A stretch of 64,000 bases of DNA from positions 2,197 through 66,196 of the forward strand of contig MEOF01000046.1 in the NCBI GenBank assembly GCA_001769505.1. Reading direction: 5' to 3'. A program made the position numbers and the translations under genes. Each line of letters begins with the position of its first letter. The first letter of the stretch is position 1. This DNA is from Bacteroidetes bacterium GWF2_33_38 (GTDB lineage: Bacteria > Bacteroidota > Bacteroidia > Bacteroidales > GWF2-33-38). Of this stretch, positions 56,355 to 64,000 are shown piece after piece. The notes below the pieces were generated by a model. It did not search any database. It worked only from the letters and a program-made list of their open reading frames with translations, and was not told the DNA's origin.

Positions 56355-56362
56355 TACATTTG
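56355..56362 (+). promoter_or_regulatory. Bacteroidota -7 promoter motif candidate (TACATTTG)
   Basis: A TAnnTTTG match ending 31 nt upstream of the ATG at 56393. Confidence 0.4.
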
Positions 56363-56392
56363 TACAAAATGTAATAAAAAACAACACTTAAT

Positions 56393-57640
56393 ATGGATAT
56401 TTTTGAAAGAATTTCGACTAACAGAGGTGATTTAGGTAAATACCAAAAAGAAGCTCACGGATACTTCGCTTTTCCGAAACTAGAAGGAGAAATTGGAACT
56501 CGAATGAAATTTAGAGGGAAAGAAGTTTTAGTGTGGAGTTTAAACAACTACTTAGGTTTAGCAAACCACCCTGAAGTTAGAAAAGTTGATGCCGATGCAG
56601 CAGCAGAATTTGGAATGGCATACCCAATGGGAGCAAGAATGATGTCAGGACAAACAAGTAAACACGAAGAATTGGAAAACAAATTAGCCGAATTTGTTGG
56701 AAAAGAAGATGCTTTTCTTTTAAATTATGGCTATCCTGGAATGGTTTCGATTATAGATTCCTTAGCAACACGACGGGATGTAATTGTTTATGATTCAGAA
56801 GCTCATGCTTGCATTATGGATGGAATTTTTCTTCACAAATCAAAAGGAGGAAAAAGTTTCGTCTATCCACACAACGATATGGCACGATGCGAAAAAATGT
56901 TAGGTTTTGCTAAGAAAAATGCAGAAGAAAATGGTGGCGGTATTTTAGTTATTACCGAAGGAGTATTTGGAATGGCAGGCGACTTAGGAAAATTAGACGA
57001 AGTTGTTGCATTAAAGAAAAAATTCGATTTTCGTTTATTAGTTGACGATGCACACGGTTTTGGGACAATGGGAAAAACGGGTGCTGGAACTGGCGAACAT
57101 TTTGGAGTTCAAGATGGAATCGACTTATATTTTAGCACATTTGCAAAATCAATGGCTGGAATAGGTGGTTTTATTGCAAGTAACGAAAATGTTGTGAACT
57201 TTTTACGATACAATATGCGTTCGCAAACATTTGCAAAATCGTTACCAATGCCTATGGTTTATGGAGCTTTGAAAAGATTAGACCTTTTAAAAACTAAACC
57301 AGAATTAAGAGAAAATCTTTGGGAAGTGGTTAAGCTTCTTCAAAAAGGATTACGAGAAAAAGGCTTCAATTTAGGAGACACGCAGTCACCTGTTACTCCA
57401 GTATTTTTGAGCGGAGGTCCAATGGAAGGAGCAAATGTTACGCTCGATTTACGTGAAAATTATAATATTTTTTGCTCCGTAGTTGTTTACCCGATAGTTC
57501 CAAAAGATGTAATTATGTTGCGTATAATTCCAACTGCGGTTCATACTAAAGAAGATGTAGAATACACGATTAAAGCATTTGCAGAAGTGCAGGAAAAATT
57601 AAAAGCTAATAAATACGACAAAGAAAAAATAGGAATGTAA
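56393..57640 (+). CDS. Alpha-oxoamine synthase family PLP enzyme (Kbl / serine palmitoyltransferase / cysteate-acyltransferase-like)
   Basis: 415 aa with the motifs SLNNYLGLANHP, DDAHGFG and STFAKSMAG (PLP Lys). Substrate specificity cannot be read from the sequence. Confidence 0.85.
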   Translation: MDIFERISTNRGDLGKYQKEAHGYFAFPKLEGEIGTRMKFRGKEVLVWSLNNYLGLANHPEVRKVDADAAAEFGMAYPMGARMMSGQTSKHEELENKLAEFVGKEDAFLLNYGYPGMVSIIDSLATRRDVIVYDSEAHACIMDGIFLHKSKGGKSFVYPHNDMARCEKMLGFAKKNAEENGGGILVITEGVFGMAGDLGKLDEVVALKKKFDFRLLVDDAHGFGTMGKTGAGTGEHFGVQDGIDLYFSTFAKSMAGIGGFIASNENVVNFLRYNMRSQTFAKSLPMPMVYGALKRLDLLKTKPELRENLWEVVKLLQKGLREKGFNLGDTQSPVTPVFLSGGPMEGANVTLDLRENYNIFCSVVVYPIVPKDVIMLRIIPTAVHTKEDVEYTIKAFAEVQEKLKANKYDKEKIGM

Positions 57641-57646
57641 AAATAT

Positions 57647-57678
57647 AAAAAAACACTCCTTTGTGAGTGTTTTTTTTT
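57647..57678 (+). terminator. Rho-independent terminator
   Basis: The stem aaaaaaacactc pairs with gagtgttttttt around the loop ctttgt, and the T-run extends to 57678. It starts 7 nt after the stop at 57638-57640. Confidence 0.75.
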
Positions 57679-57686
57679 ATTACAAA

Positions 57687-58715
57687 ATGCAACACGTTAT
57701 AAATATTACTGAATTTATTCAACAAGCGGAACATGTTCCGATTATTGATGTCCGCTCACCAGGCGAATTTGCAAAAGCACATATTCCTAATGCTATTAAT
57801 ATTCCATTATTTACTGACGAAGAAAGAAAAATAGTCGGAATCCGATACAAAGAAAATGGTAGAGACCAAGCTATATTTTCTGGACTTGACATTGTTGGTC
57901 CTAAGCTAAAGCTATTCATTAAACAAGCCCTGAAAATTGCTCCAGACAAAAATGTATTAATTTATTGTTGGCGAGGAGGAATGCGAAGTAAAAGTATGGC
58001 TTGGTTACTTGATTTTTATGGATTTAATGTTTCTATTTTATCTGGAGGATACAAAAAATATAGAAATTATGCATTAAAATCATTCGAGAAACAAGCAGAA
58101 ATTGTAATACTCGGAGGGAAAACAGGTAGCGGAAAAACAATTATTTTAAACAAGCTTCGCAAACTTGGCGAACAAATTATCGATCTTGAAAAAATAGCCA
58201 ATCATAAAGGCTCTGCATTTGGTTCAATTGGAGAGAAAGAGCAGGATTCGACAGAATTTTTCGAAAACAAACTATTTCACGAATGGAACAAATTGGATTT
58301 TAATAAAAGAGTTTGGCTCGAAGACGAAAGTCACAGCATTGGTCGTAATTTTATCCCAAACGCTTTATTCGATCAAATGAGAAATTCTCGTACCATTTTC
58401 ATTGACATTTCAAAAGAACTAAGAATCGAGTATTTAGTAAACGAATATGCTATTTTTGGAAACGAAGTAATCGAAAATGCTTTAAAAAATATTAATAAGC
58501 GAATTGGAAATAATAACTACAAAACAACTCTCGAGGCTTTGAATAACAATAATTACAAAGCCGTAACAGACATTAGCCTTCAATATTACGACAAAGCCTA
58601 TTTATATGGTTTATCGAAAAGAGATCAAGAATTAGTTTCCAAAATTGAATTCAATCATATGGATTTCGAAATTATTGCAAAAAAAATTATTGAAATTGAA
58701 AATCAACGAGTTTAA
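57687..58715 (+). CDS. mnmH: tRNA 2-selenouridine synthase
   Basis: I place the start at ATG 57687 because the track GTG at 57663 lies inside the terminator. It has a rhodanese domain (IIDVRSPGEFAKAHIPNAINIP, YCWRGGMRS) and the P-loop GGKTGSGKT. Confidence 0.88.
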   Translation: MQHVINITEFIQQAEHVPIIDVRSPGEFAKAHIPNAINIPLFTDEERKIVGIRYKENGRDQAIFSGLDIVGPKLKLFIKQALKIAPDKNVLIYCWRGGMRSKSMAWLLDFYGFNVSILSGGYKKYRNYALKSFEKQAEIVILGGKTGSGKTIILNKLRKLGEQIIDLEKIANHKGSAFGSIGEKEQDSTEFFENKLFHEWNKLDFNKRVWLEDESHSIGRNFIPNALFDQMRNSRTIFIDISKELRIEYLVNEYAIFGNEVIENALKNINKRIGNNNYKTTLEALNNNNYKAVTDISLQYYDKAYLYGLSKRDQELVSKIEFNHMDFEIIAKKIIEIENQRV

Positions 58716-58739
58716 TATTTTGAAAAGAAAATAAATATC

Positions 58740-59768
58740 ATGACAAAGCTTACCGAATTTAGTCCAGGTGCTGGATGTGGATGTAAAATTTCACCACAAG
58801 ATTTAGAAATAATTTTAAAATCAGAAGCCAAAACTTATTTTCCAAACCTTCTTGTGGGAAATGAATCGAAGGACGATGCAGCTATTTTTGATATAGGAAA
58901 CGGAAAAGCAATTATTAGCACTACCGATTTTTTTACGCCTATAGTTGACGACCCATTTGATTTTGGAAGAGTTGCCGCTACTAATGCAATTAGCGATATT
59001 TACGCTATGGGAGGAACTCCAATTATGGCAATAGCAATTCTTGGTTGGCCTCTTGATAAGTTGCCTGCCGAATTAGCTAAAGAAGTTATTGAAGGAGCGA
59101 AGTCAGTTTGTAAAGATGCTAATATTCCTTTAGCCGGCGGACATAGCATTGATATCAGCGATCCTATTTTCGGACTTGCTGTTACAGGAATTATTGACAT
59201 TGAAAACATTAAACAAAACAACAAAGCCGAAAAAAACAATATTTTATTTTTAACCAAGCCTCTTGGAATTGGAATTTTGACCACTGCCGAAAAACAAAAA
59301 AAAATAAAGCCCGAACATAGCAAAATAGCAACCGAATTAATGACAAACCTAAATAAAGCTGGTGAAATTTTTGGAAAATTACCCTACGTAAAATCGATGA
59401 CCGATGTTACGGGTTTCGGTTTATTAGGACACCTTTTAGAAATTTGTGAAGGAAGTAATTTGAATGCTGTTATTGAGTTTGAAAAAGTTCCACTCATTAA
59501 TGGAATTGAATATTATATTACCGAAAAATGTTTTCCGGGCGGGACATTCCGAAATTGGAAAAGCTATAAATCGAAAATCAAATCAGTTAGCGATAAACAA
59601 AAAGTTACGCTATGCGACCCACAAACAAGTGGAGGACTTTTAGTTGCAGTATCGGAAGAATTTGTAAACGATTTCCAAATAATATCATCGAAGAATAATA
59701 TACAAATTCACGAAATTGGGAAACTTGTTAAACGTAATAACGAAGAATATTATGTGGAAGTAATTTAG
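58740..59768 (+). CDS. selD: Selenide, water dikinase (Cys form)
   Basis: The N-terminal motif SPGAGCGCKISP matches the corresponding motif in E. coli SelD as I recall it. AIR-synthase-like fold; 342 aa. Confidence 0.93.
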   Translation: MTKLTEFSPGAGCGCKISPQDLEIILKSEAKTYFPNLLVGNESKDDAAIFDIGNGKAIISTTDFFTPIVDDPFDFGRVAATNAISDIYAMGGTPIMAIAILGWPLDKLPAELAKEVIEGAKSVCKDANIPLAGGHSIDISDPIFGLAVTGIIDIENIKQNNKAEKNNILFLTKPLGIGILTTAEKQKKIKPEHSKIATELMTNLNKAGEIFGKLPYVKSMTDVTGFGLLGHLLEICEGSNLNAVIEFEKVPLINGIEYYITEKCFPGGTFRNWKSYKSKIKSVSDKQKVTLCDPQTSGGLLVAVSEEFVNDFQIISSKNNIQIHEIGKLVKRNNEEYYVEVI

Positions 59769-59889
59769 TTAATACCATAAACCCATATGGCTTATAGAAG
59801 GTTATGACTTTCGGAAAGACTTCGAGTATGTCTAAAATTTGTTTTCAAGCATTAAAAATCGTAAATTGCTGTGTCAAAAAATCAATTTT

Positions 59890-62800
59890 ATGAAAAAAAT
59901 AATACTAATCTCATTGTTTCTTATTGCGAACTTGACTTTACTGTTTTCGCAAGTTACAACCACACCTTCACTACCAATAACCGATGATAATATTATTGTA
60001 ACTTTCGATGCTTCAAAAGGAAATGCAGCATTATCAGGATATTCAGGTACTGTATATATGCATGCGGGTGTAATAACAAGCGAAAGCATTAACGATTCTG
60101 ATTGGAAATATGTAATTGGTTCGTGGGGAATCGCCGACCCAAATGTCGAAATGACAAGTCTTGGAAATAACATATATCAAAAATCGTATAACATTCGAAC
60201 ATTTCATTCGATTCCAGAAGGGGTAGAAGTCTTAAAATTAGCCTTCGTTTTTCGAAATGCAGATGGTAGTATTCAAGGTAAAGCATCAGACGGTAGCGAT
60301 ATATTTGTTACTGCTAACGCTTATACTCTTTCGAATTATTCATCACACACTTTTACAAATAATCAGTTAAGGGTAAATTCTTCAAACGGTACTATCACCA
60401 TTAAACCTTTCGCATCGAACATGGTTAAAATTTCGATTTATCCCGATGGAAATATTGTTGAAGATACAAGTTATAGCGTTGTGCTAGAGCCAACAGCAAG
60501 CTTGGCAAGCTTAACCGAAACAAGTGAATTTTTAAACCTTGATTGCGGCGAGCTTAGTGTGAAAGTTCAAAAAAATCCAATTCGATTATCTTATTATCAT
60601 AACGAGAATACCGTTTTTAGCGAAGAAGTGGGGTATTTCAGCACATCGGACACTAAAGGTTTGCGATTTCAACTTACCGATAACGAAAACATTTATGGAA
60701 CAGGCTCACGTGCAACACCTATAAACAAAAACGGACAGCAATTTTATTCCTACAATGAGCCACATTATTCTTATTCAAATGGGGCGTCAACCTTGAATAT
60801 AAATATTCCGTTTTTTGTTTCTAGCAAATTGTACGGAGTGTATTTCGAGAATCGTACCGCAAGTTATTTCGATTTTGGTAAAACAAATGAAAATATTTTT
60901 GAATATACGATTGAAAATGGAAATATTTCTTACCATGTTGTTACAGGAGATTCCTACGACGATTTGCTTGATTCATACACCGATTTAACGGGCAAACAAC
61001 CTATTCCTCCACGATGGGCGTTAGGTTACATGCAATCGCGATTTGGCTATCAAAACGAAACAGAAACCCGAAATACAATTAATTCGCTCATTAACGACGA
61101 TTTTCCAGTTGATGCAGTAATTTTAGATTTATATTGGTTTGGACAATTGAGCGATATGGGAAATTTAAGTTGGGATTATTCAAATTGGGCTACTCCAACT
61201 GATATGATTTCTGATTTTAATGATTTAGGGGTGAAAACTATTTTAATTTCAGAGCCTTACGTTACTCAAAATTCATTTAATTACAGCCATTGCGATCAAA
61301 ATTTGCTTTTTGGAACTGATTTTACAGGTGGTTACACGTACATTGTTCCAGATTTTTTTGCGGGTTCGGCAGGTTTGCTTGATATTTTTAAACCCGCAAC
61401 AAAAGAATGGTTTTGGACAAAGTATAAAGCTCGTACTGACGAGGGTGTTGCCGGTTGGTGGTGCGATGTTGGAGAACCTGAAAATCATCCATCAGGAATG
61501 AAACACGTTACTGGAACTGCTCGTGAAGTACACAATGTTTATGCTCTCGAATGGGCTTCGATGTTGCACAAAAAATATCAGGAAGAATATCCCTCTCAGC
61601 GATTGTTTAATCTTATGCGTTCGGGCTATGCCGGAATGCAGCGGTACTCGACATTTCCATGGTCGGGCGACATAAATAGAAGTTTTGAGGGTTATCAGGC
61701 TCAAATCCCAATTATGCTCGGAATGGGAATGAGCGGAGTAGGTTATATGCACTCCGATTTGGGCGGTTTTACAGGCGGAGCATATAATCCTGAATTATAT
61801 ACTCGTTGGATGCAGTTTGGTGCTTTTTGTCCCATTATGCGACCTCATGGCGAAGGAGTCGCCCCCGAACCAATTTACTATCCCGAAACCGAAAAAAATA
61901 TTGTTCGCACATACGTAAAACTTCGATATCAATTAATGCCTTATAACTACACATTAGCTTGGGAAAATTCTGAATCTGGACGTCCATTGGCGATGCCGAT
62001 AAATTACTTTGAATCCGAAAATGCTTCTCTTTCAAATGTCAACGACGAATATTTGTGGGGTGAAAATATTCTTATTGCTCCAATAATGAATGCAGGCGAA
62101 ACTAGTCGAAATGTACTCTTTCCATCTGGCAAATGGTACGATTTTCAAACAAATCAATCATACGAGGGGAATTCATCGACAAGCGTGAGTGCTCCGCTCG
62201 AAAAATTACCTATTTTTGTAAAAGCAGGAAGTTTTATTCCAATGGTGGCTGAATACAACAATACTGAAAATTATTCAACCGACACTATGATGGTTAAATA
62301 TTATCCAGATATTTCTGTTCCAACTTCTACTTTTAAAATGTACGATGACGATGGACATACACCTTTGGCAAATATTACTTCTGATTACGATTTACTGATT
62401 TTTTCGGGTGAGGTTCTTGAACATCAAACCAATATACGCTTATCAAAAAATGGAAATGGATATGTCGGCAGTCCTGCAAATCGATATATAACATTTGAAG
62501 TTCAATTGCAAAGTAGTGTGCCTTATGTTGTTGAAATAAATGGAACACAGTCAGTAATTTATGGAACCGAAAACGAATTTTCTTTGGCAGAAAACGGTGC
62601 ATATTACGATGCTGTTGACGATGTTCTGTATATAAAATATAATTGGACAGGAAGCAATGATATTATTGTGATTGGACACGATAGTCAATACAACAATGTT
62701 GATGAAAACGAATATTTTACCCATTATTTACAACATCCGTTTCCAAATCCATTTTCAGAGTTTACGAACGTTAGTTACAATATTCTTGAAAAAGGATTGT

Positions 62801-62976
62801 ATAATTTGAGTTTTTATAATGTTGATGGCTCATTAATTTATACCGAAAAACAAACAATAAGTAATGGAAATTATACATATAATTGGAATACAAAAGACTT
62901 AGCTGCAGGAGTTTATTATATTAGTTTGGACGGCAAAAGCGGAAAACAATGGATGAAAGTTATCAAAACTAATTAG
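59890..62976 (+). CDS. Glycoside hydrolase family 31 enzyme with an N-terminal carbohydrate-binding-like domain and a T9SS type-A C-terminal domain
   Basis: I place the start at ATG 59890 (MKKIILISLFLIANLTLLFSQ). GH31-like motifs GWWCDVGEPE and FPWSGDI. The C-terminal domain reads HPFPNPFSEFTNVSY...GVYYISLDG. Confidence 0.85.
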   Translation: MKKIILISLFLIANLTLLFSQVTTTPSLPITDDNIIVTFDASKGNAALSGYSGTVYMHAGVITSESINDSDWKYVIGSWGIADPNVEMTSLGNNIYQKSYNIRTFHSIPEGVEVLKLAFVFRNADGSIQGKASDGSDIFVTANAYTLSNYSSHTFTNNQLRVNSSNGTITIKPFASNMVKISIYPDGNIVEDTSYSVVLEPTASLASLTETSEFLNLDCGELSVKVQKNPIRLSYYHNENTVFSEEVGYFSTSDTKGLRFQLTDNENIYGTGSRATPINKNGQQFYSYNEPHYSYSNGASTLNINIPFFVSSKLYGVYFENRTASYFDFGKTNENIFEYTIENGNISYHVVTGDSYDDLLDSYTDLTGKQPIPPRWALGYMQSRFGYQNETETRNTINSLINDDFPVDAVILDLYWFGQLSDMGNLSWDYSNWATPTDMISDFNDLGVKTILISEPYVTQNSFNYSHCDQNLLFGTDFTGGYTYIVPDFFAGSAGLLDIFKPATKEWFWTKYKARTDEGVAGWWCDVGEPENHPSGMKHVTGTAREVHNVYALEWASMLHKKYQEEYPSQRLFNLMRSGYAGMQRYSTFPWSGDINRSFEGYQAQIPIMLGMGMSGVGYMHSDLGGFTGGAYNPELYTRWMQFGAFCPIMRPHGEGVAPEPIYYPETEKNIVRTYVKLRYQLMPYNYTLAWENSESGRPLAMPINYFESENASLSNVNDEYLWGENILIAPIMNAGETSRNVLFPSGKWYDFQTNQSYEGNSSTSVSAPLEKLPIFVKAGSFIPMVAEYNNTENYSTDTMMVKYYPDISVPTSTFKMYDDDGHTPLANITSDYDLLIFSGEVLEHQTNIRLSKNGNGYVGSPANRYITFEVQLQSSVPYVVEINGTQSVIYGTENEFSLAENGAYYDAVDDVLYIKYNWTGSNDIIVIGHDSQYNNVDENEYFTHYLQHPFPNPFSEFTNVSYNILEKGLYNLSFYNVDGSLIYTEKQTISNGNYTYNWNTKDLAAGVYYISLDGKSGKQWMKVIKTN

Positions 62977-63080
62977 TTTTTCTTGTTCAAAATGTTAGTT
63001 TGTACTACTTTCGCTGTTTCTAATGGGCGTATTTTATTAGTAACAAAGTGATTAAATTATAAATCTTCAAAATTACCTAT

Positions 63081-63725
63081 ATGAAACTTTTTAGTATTTC
63101 AATAATTATCTTAATATCGACAATTATTTTTTTTAGTAGTTGTGAAAAGGAAGATTTGGAAATTAACGACCCTCCATATGATTTATTTTCAACAACAGAT
63201 TTATCTGGTTTTGGAAATAGACCAGGAAAACCATCAGTAACACCTTACTTTTTTCCTGAAAATATAGAGATTTCTATTCCAATTTTATCCTTTGATACGG
63301 GGGCGTATAATCATTATGGTTATGGTTGGGGCGGTACGGCATACTTTACATTGATTAATAATAATAATTTTAATGTTGATGTTACTTTTCCAGAACGCCT
63401 TGTTATAATTGCAGATGATGACTCTTCTCAGAATAATATATTATTATATCCGATTAAAATCCCATTATTAGCTAAAGAATCAAGAAAAATAAGTTTAACA
63501 ATGTTTTGTACAAATAAAGAAAAATGTATATGGGATCCACATTATGAAATAATAGGTCAATCGAATAATGAACAAATTTTTAGGTTGACAAATCATTTGA
63601 AAAATAAAAGTGAAACTGCAATTGCAATTATTGATCAATATAGCGATTTGCAAGATATATTATCGACTATAACGGATGGTAATGGCTTAACACAGGCAGA
63701 TTTAGATATTATAAGTAGTTGGTAA
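63081..63725 (+). CDS. Putative lipoprotein, unknown function
   Basis: 214-aa ORF with a lipobox-like sequence IIFFSSCEKED. Confidence 0.6.
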   Translation: MKLFSISIIILISTIIFFSSCEKEDLEINDPPYDLFSTTDLSGFGNRPGKPSVTPYFFPENIEISIPILSFDTGAYNHYGYGWGGTAYFTLINNNNFNVDVTFPERLVIIADDDSSQNNILLYPIKIPLLAKESRKISLTMFCTNKEKCIWDPHYEIIGQSNNEQIFRLTNHLKNKSETAIAIIDQYSDLQDILSTITDGNGLTQADLDIISSW

Positions 63726-63811
63726 TTTAAAAAATATAGTTCAAACTACAAAACCGTAACGCAATAAATTATTATTGTCTGATTTCATGTAGCAAATAAA
63801 AAAGTAAACAG

Positions 63812-64000
63812 ATGAAATGTATATTATTTTTAGGCATTGTATTTTTTTCAATTATTAGAATTTTTGCACAAAACGATACAATCAATATATCTGAAATAGA
63901 GATTAAAGCAAGTCGTTCACCAATAACTTACTACGAAAAGTCGCGTAGTTTAACTATCGTTGACGAAAAAGAAATAAAAGCTTTGCAAGCCACAAGCATA
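63812..64000 (+). CDS. TonB-dependent receptor, N-terminal fragment (runs off the window)
   Basis: The ATG at 63812 gives MKCILFLGIVFFSIIRIFAQNDTINISEIEIKASRSP...LTIVDEKEIKALQATS, a signal peptide followed by a plug-domain-like start. The frame is open to the window end. Confidence 0.55.
   Translation, partial: MKCILFLGIVFFSIIRIFAQNDTINISEIEIKASRSPITYYEKSRSLTIVDEKEIKALQATSI

Noticed and set aside
58740-59768. Possibility that the AIR-synthase-fold gene is HypE, pairing with the orphan hypD
   Set aside because: The N-terminal GAGCGCK motif and adjacency to mnmH/selU identify it as SelD. It lacks the HypE C-terminal Cys motif as far as I can see.
1-64000. Search for tRNA, rRNA, tmRNA, riboswitches, transposases, integrases and prophage genes
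   Set aside because: No GC-rich tRNA-like or rRNA-like segment stands out in any intergenic region, and no ORF has recombinase or transposase motifs. I cannot exclude small ncRNAs without covariance-model searches.

Overview
The window is visibly AT-rich (roughly 30% GC by eye, not computed) and looks like a Bacteroidota chromosome. Supporting signs are several T9SS C-terminal sorting domains, a PorP/SprF gene, TAnnTTTG promoter-like motifs and little Shine-Dalgarno signal. I support about 50 CDS. Genes left of about 40.7 kb are mostly on the minus strand; every gene to the right is on the plus strand. Recognisable housekeeping genes are prmA, tpiA, yggS, serA, fabG, tmk, tilS, pbpC, aroE, selD and mnmH/selU, plus a lone hypD, a decarboxylase + deoxyhypusine-synthase-like pair, and an alpha-oxoamine synthase. 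Five large secreted T9SS cargo proteins are present: an M4 metalloprotease, an unknown 1362-aa protein, an NHL+RCC1 protein, a type-B-CTD protein paired with PorP/SprF, and a GH31 enzyme. I found no rRNA, tRNA, CRISPR array, transposase or integrase. The best candidate for a novel system is a translationally coupled two-gene cassette at 8251-9248 on the minus strand. It encodes a 241-aa protein with a C-terminal HEPN-type R-x4-H motif and a 91-aa protein whose sequence pattern resembles the Cas2/VapD ferredoxin-like fold. It sits between unrelated housekeeping genes. Other points worth a second look: two palindromic, repeat-like stretches read in-frame inside a PP2C/SpoIIE phosphatase domain; families of short AT-rich repeats at gene boundaries; a solitary Schlafen/AlbA_2-like gene; and the orphan hypD. 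All functional calls come from motif recognition by eye, with no database search.
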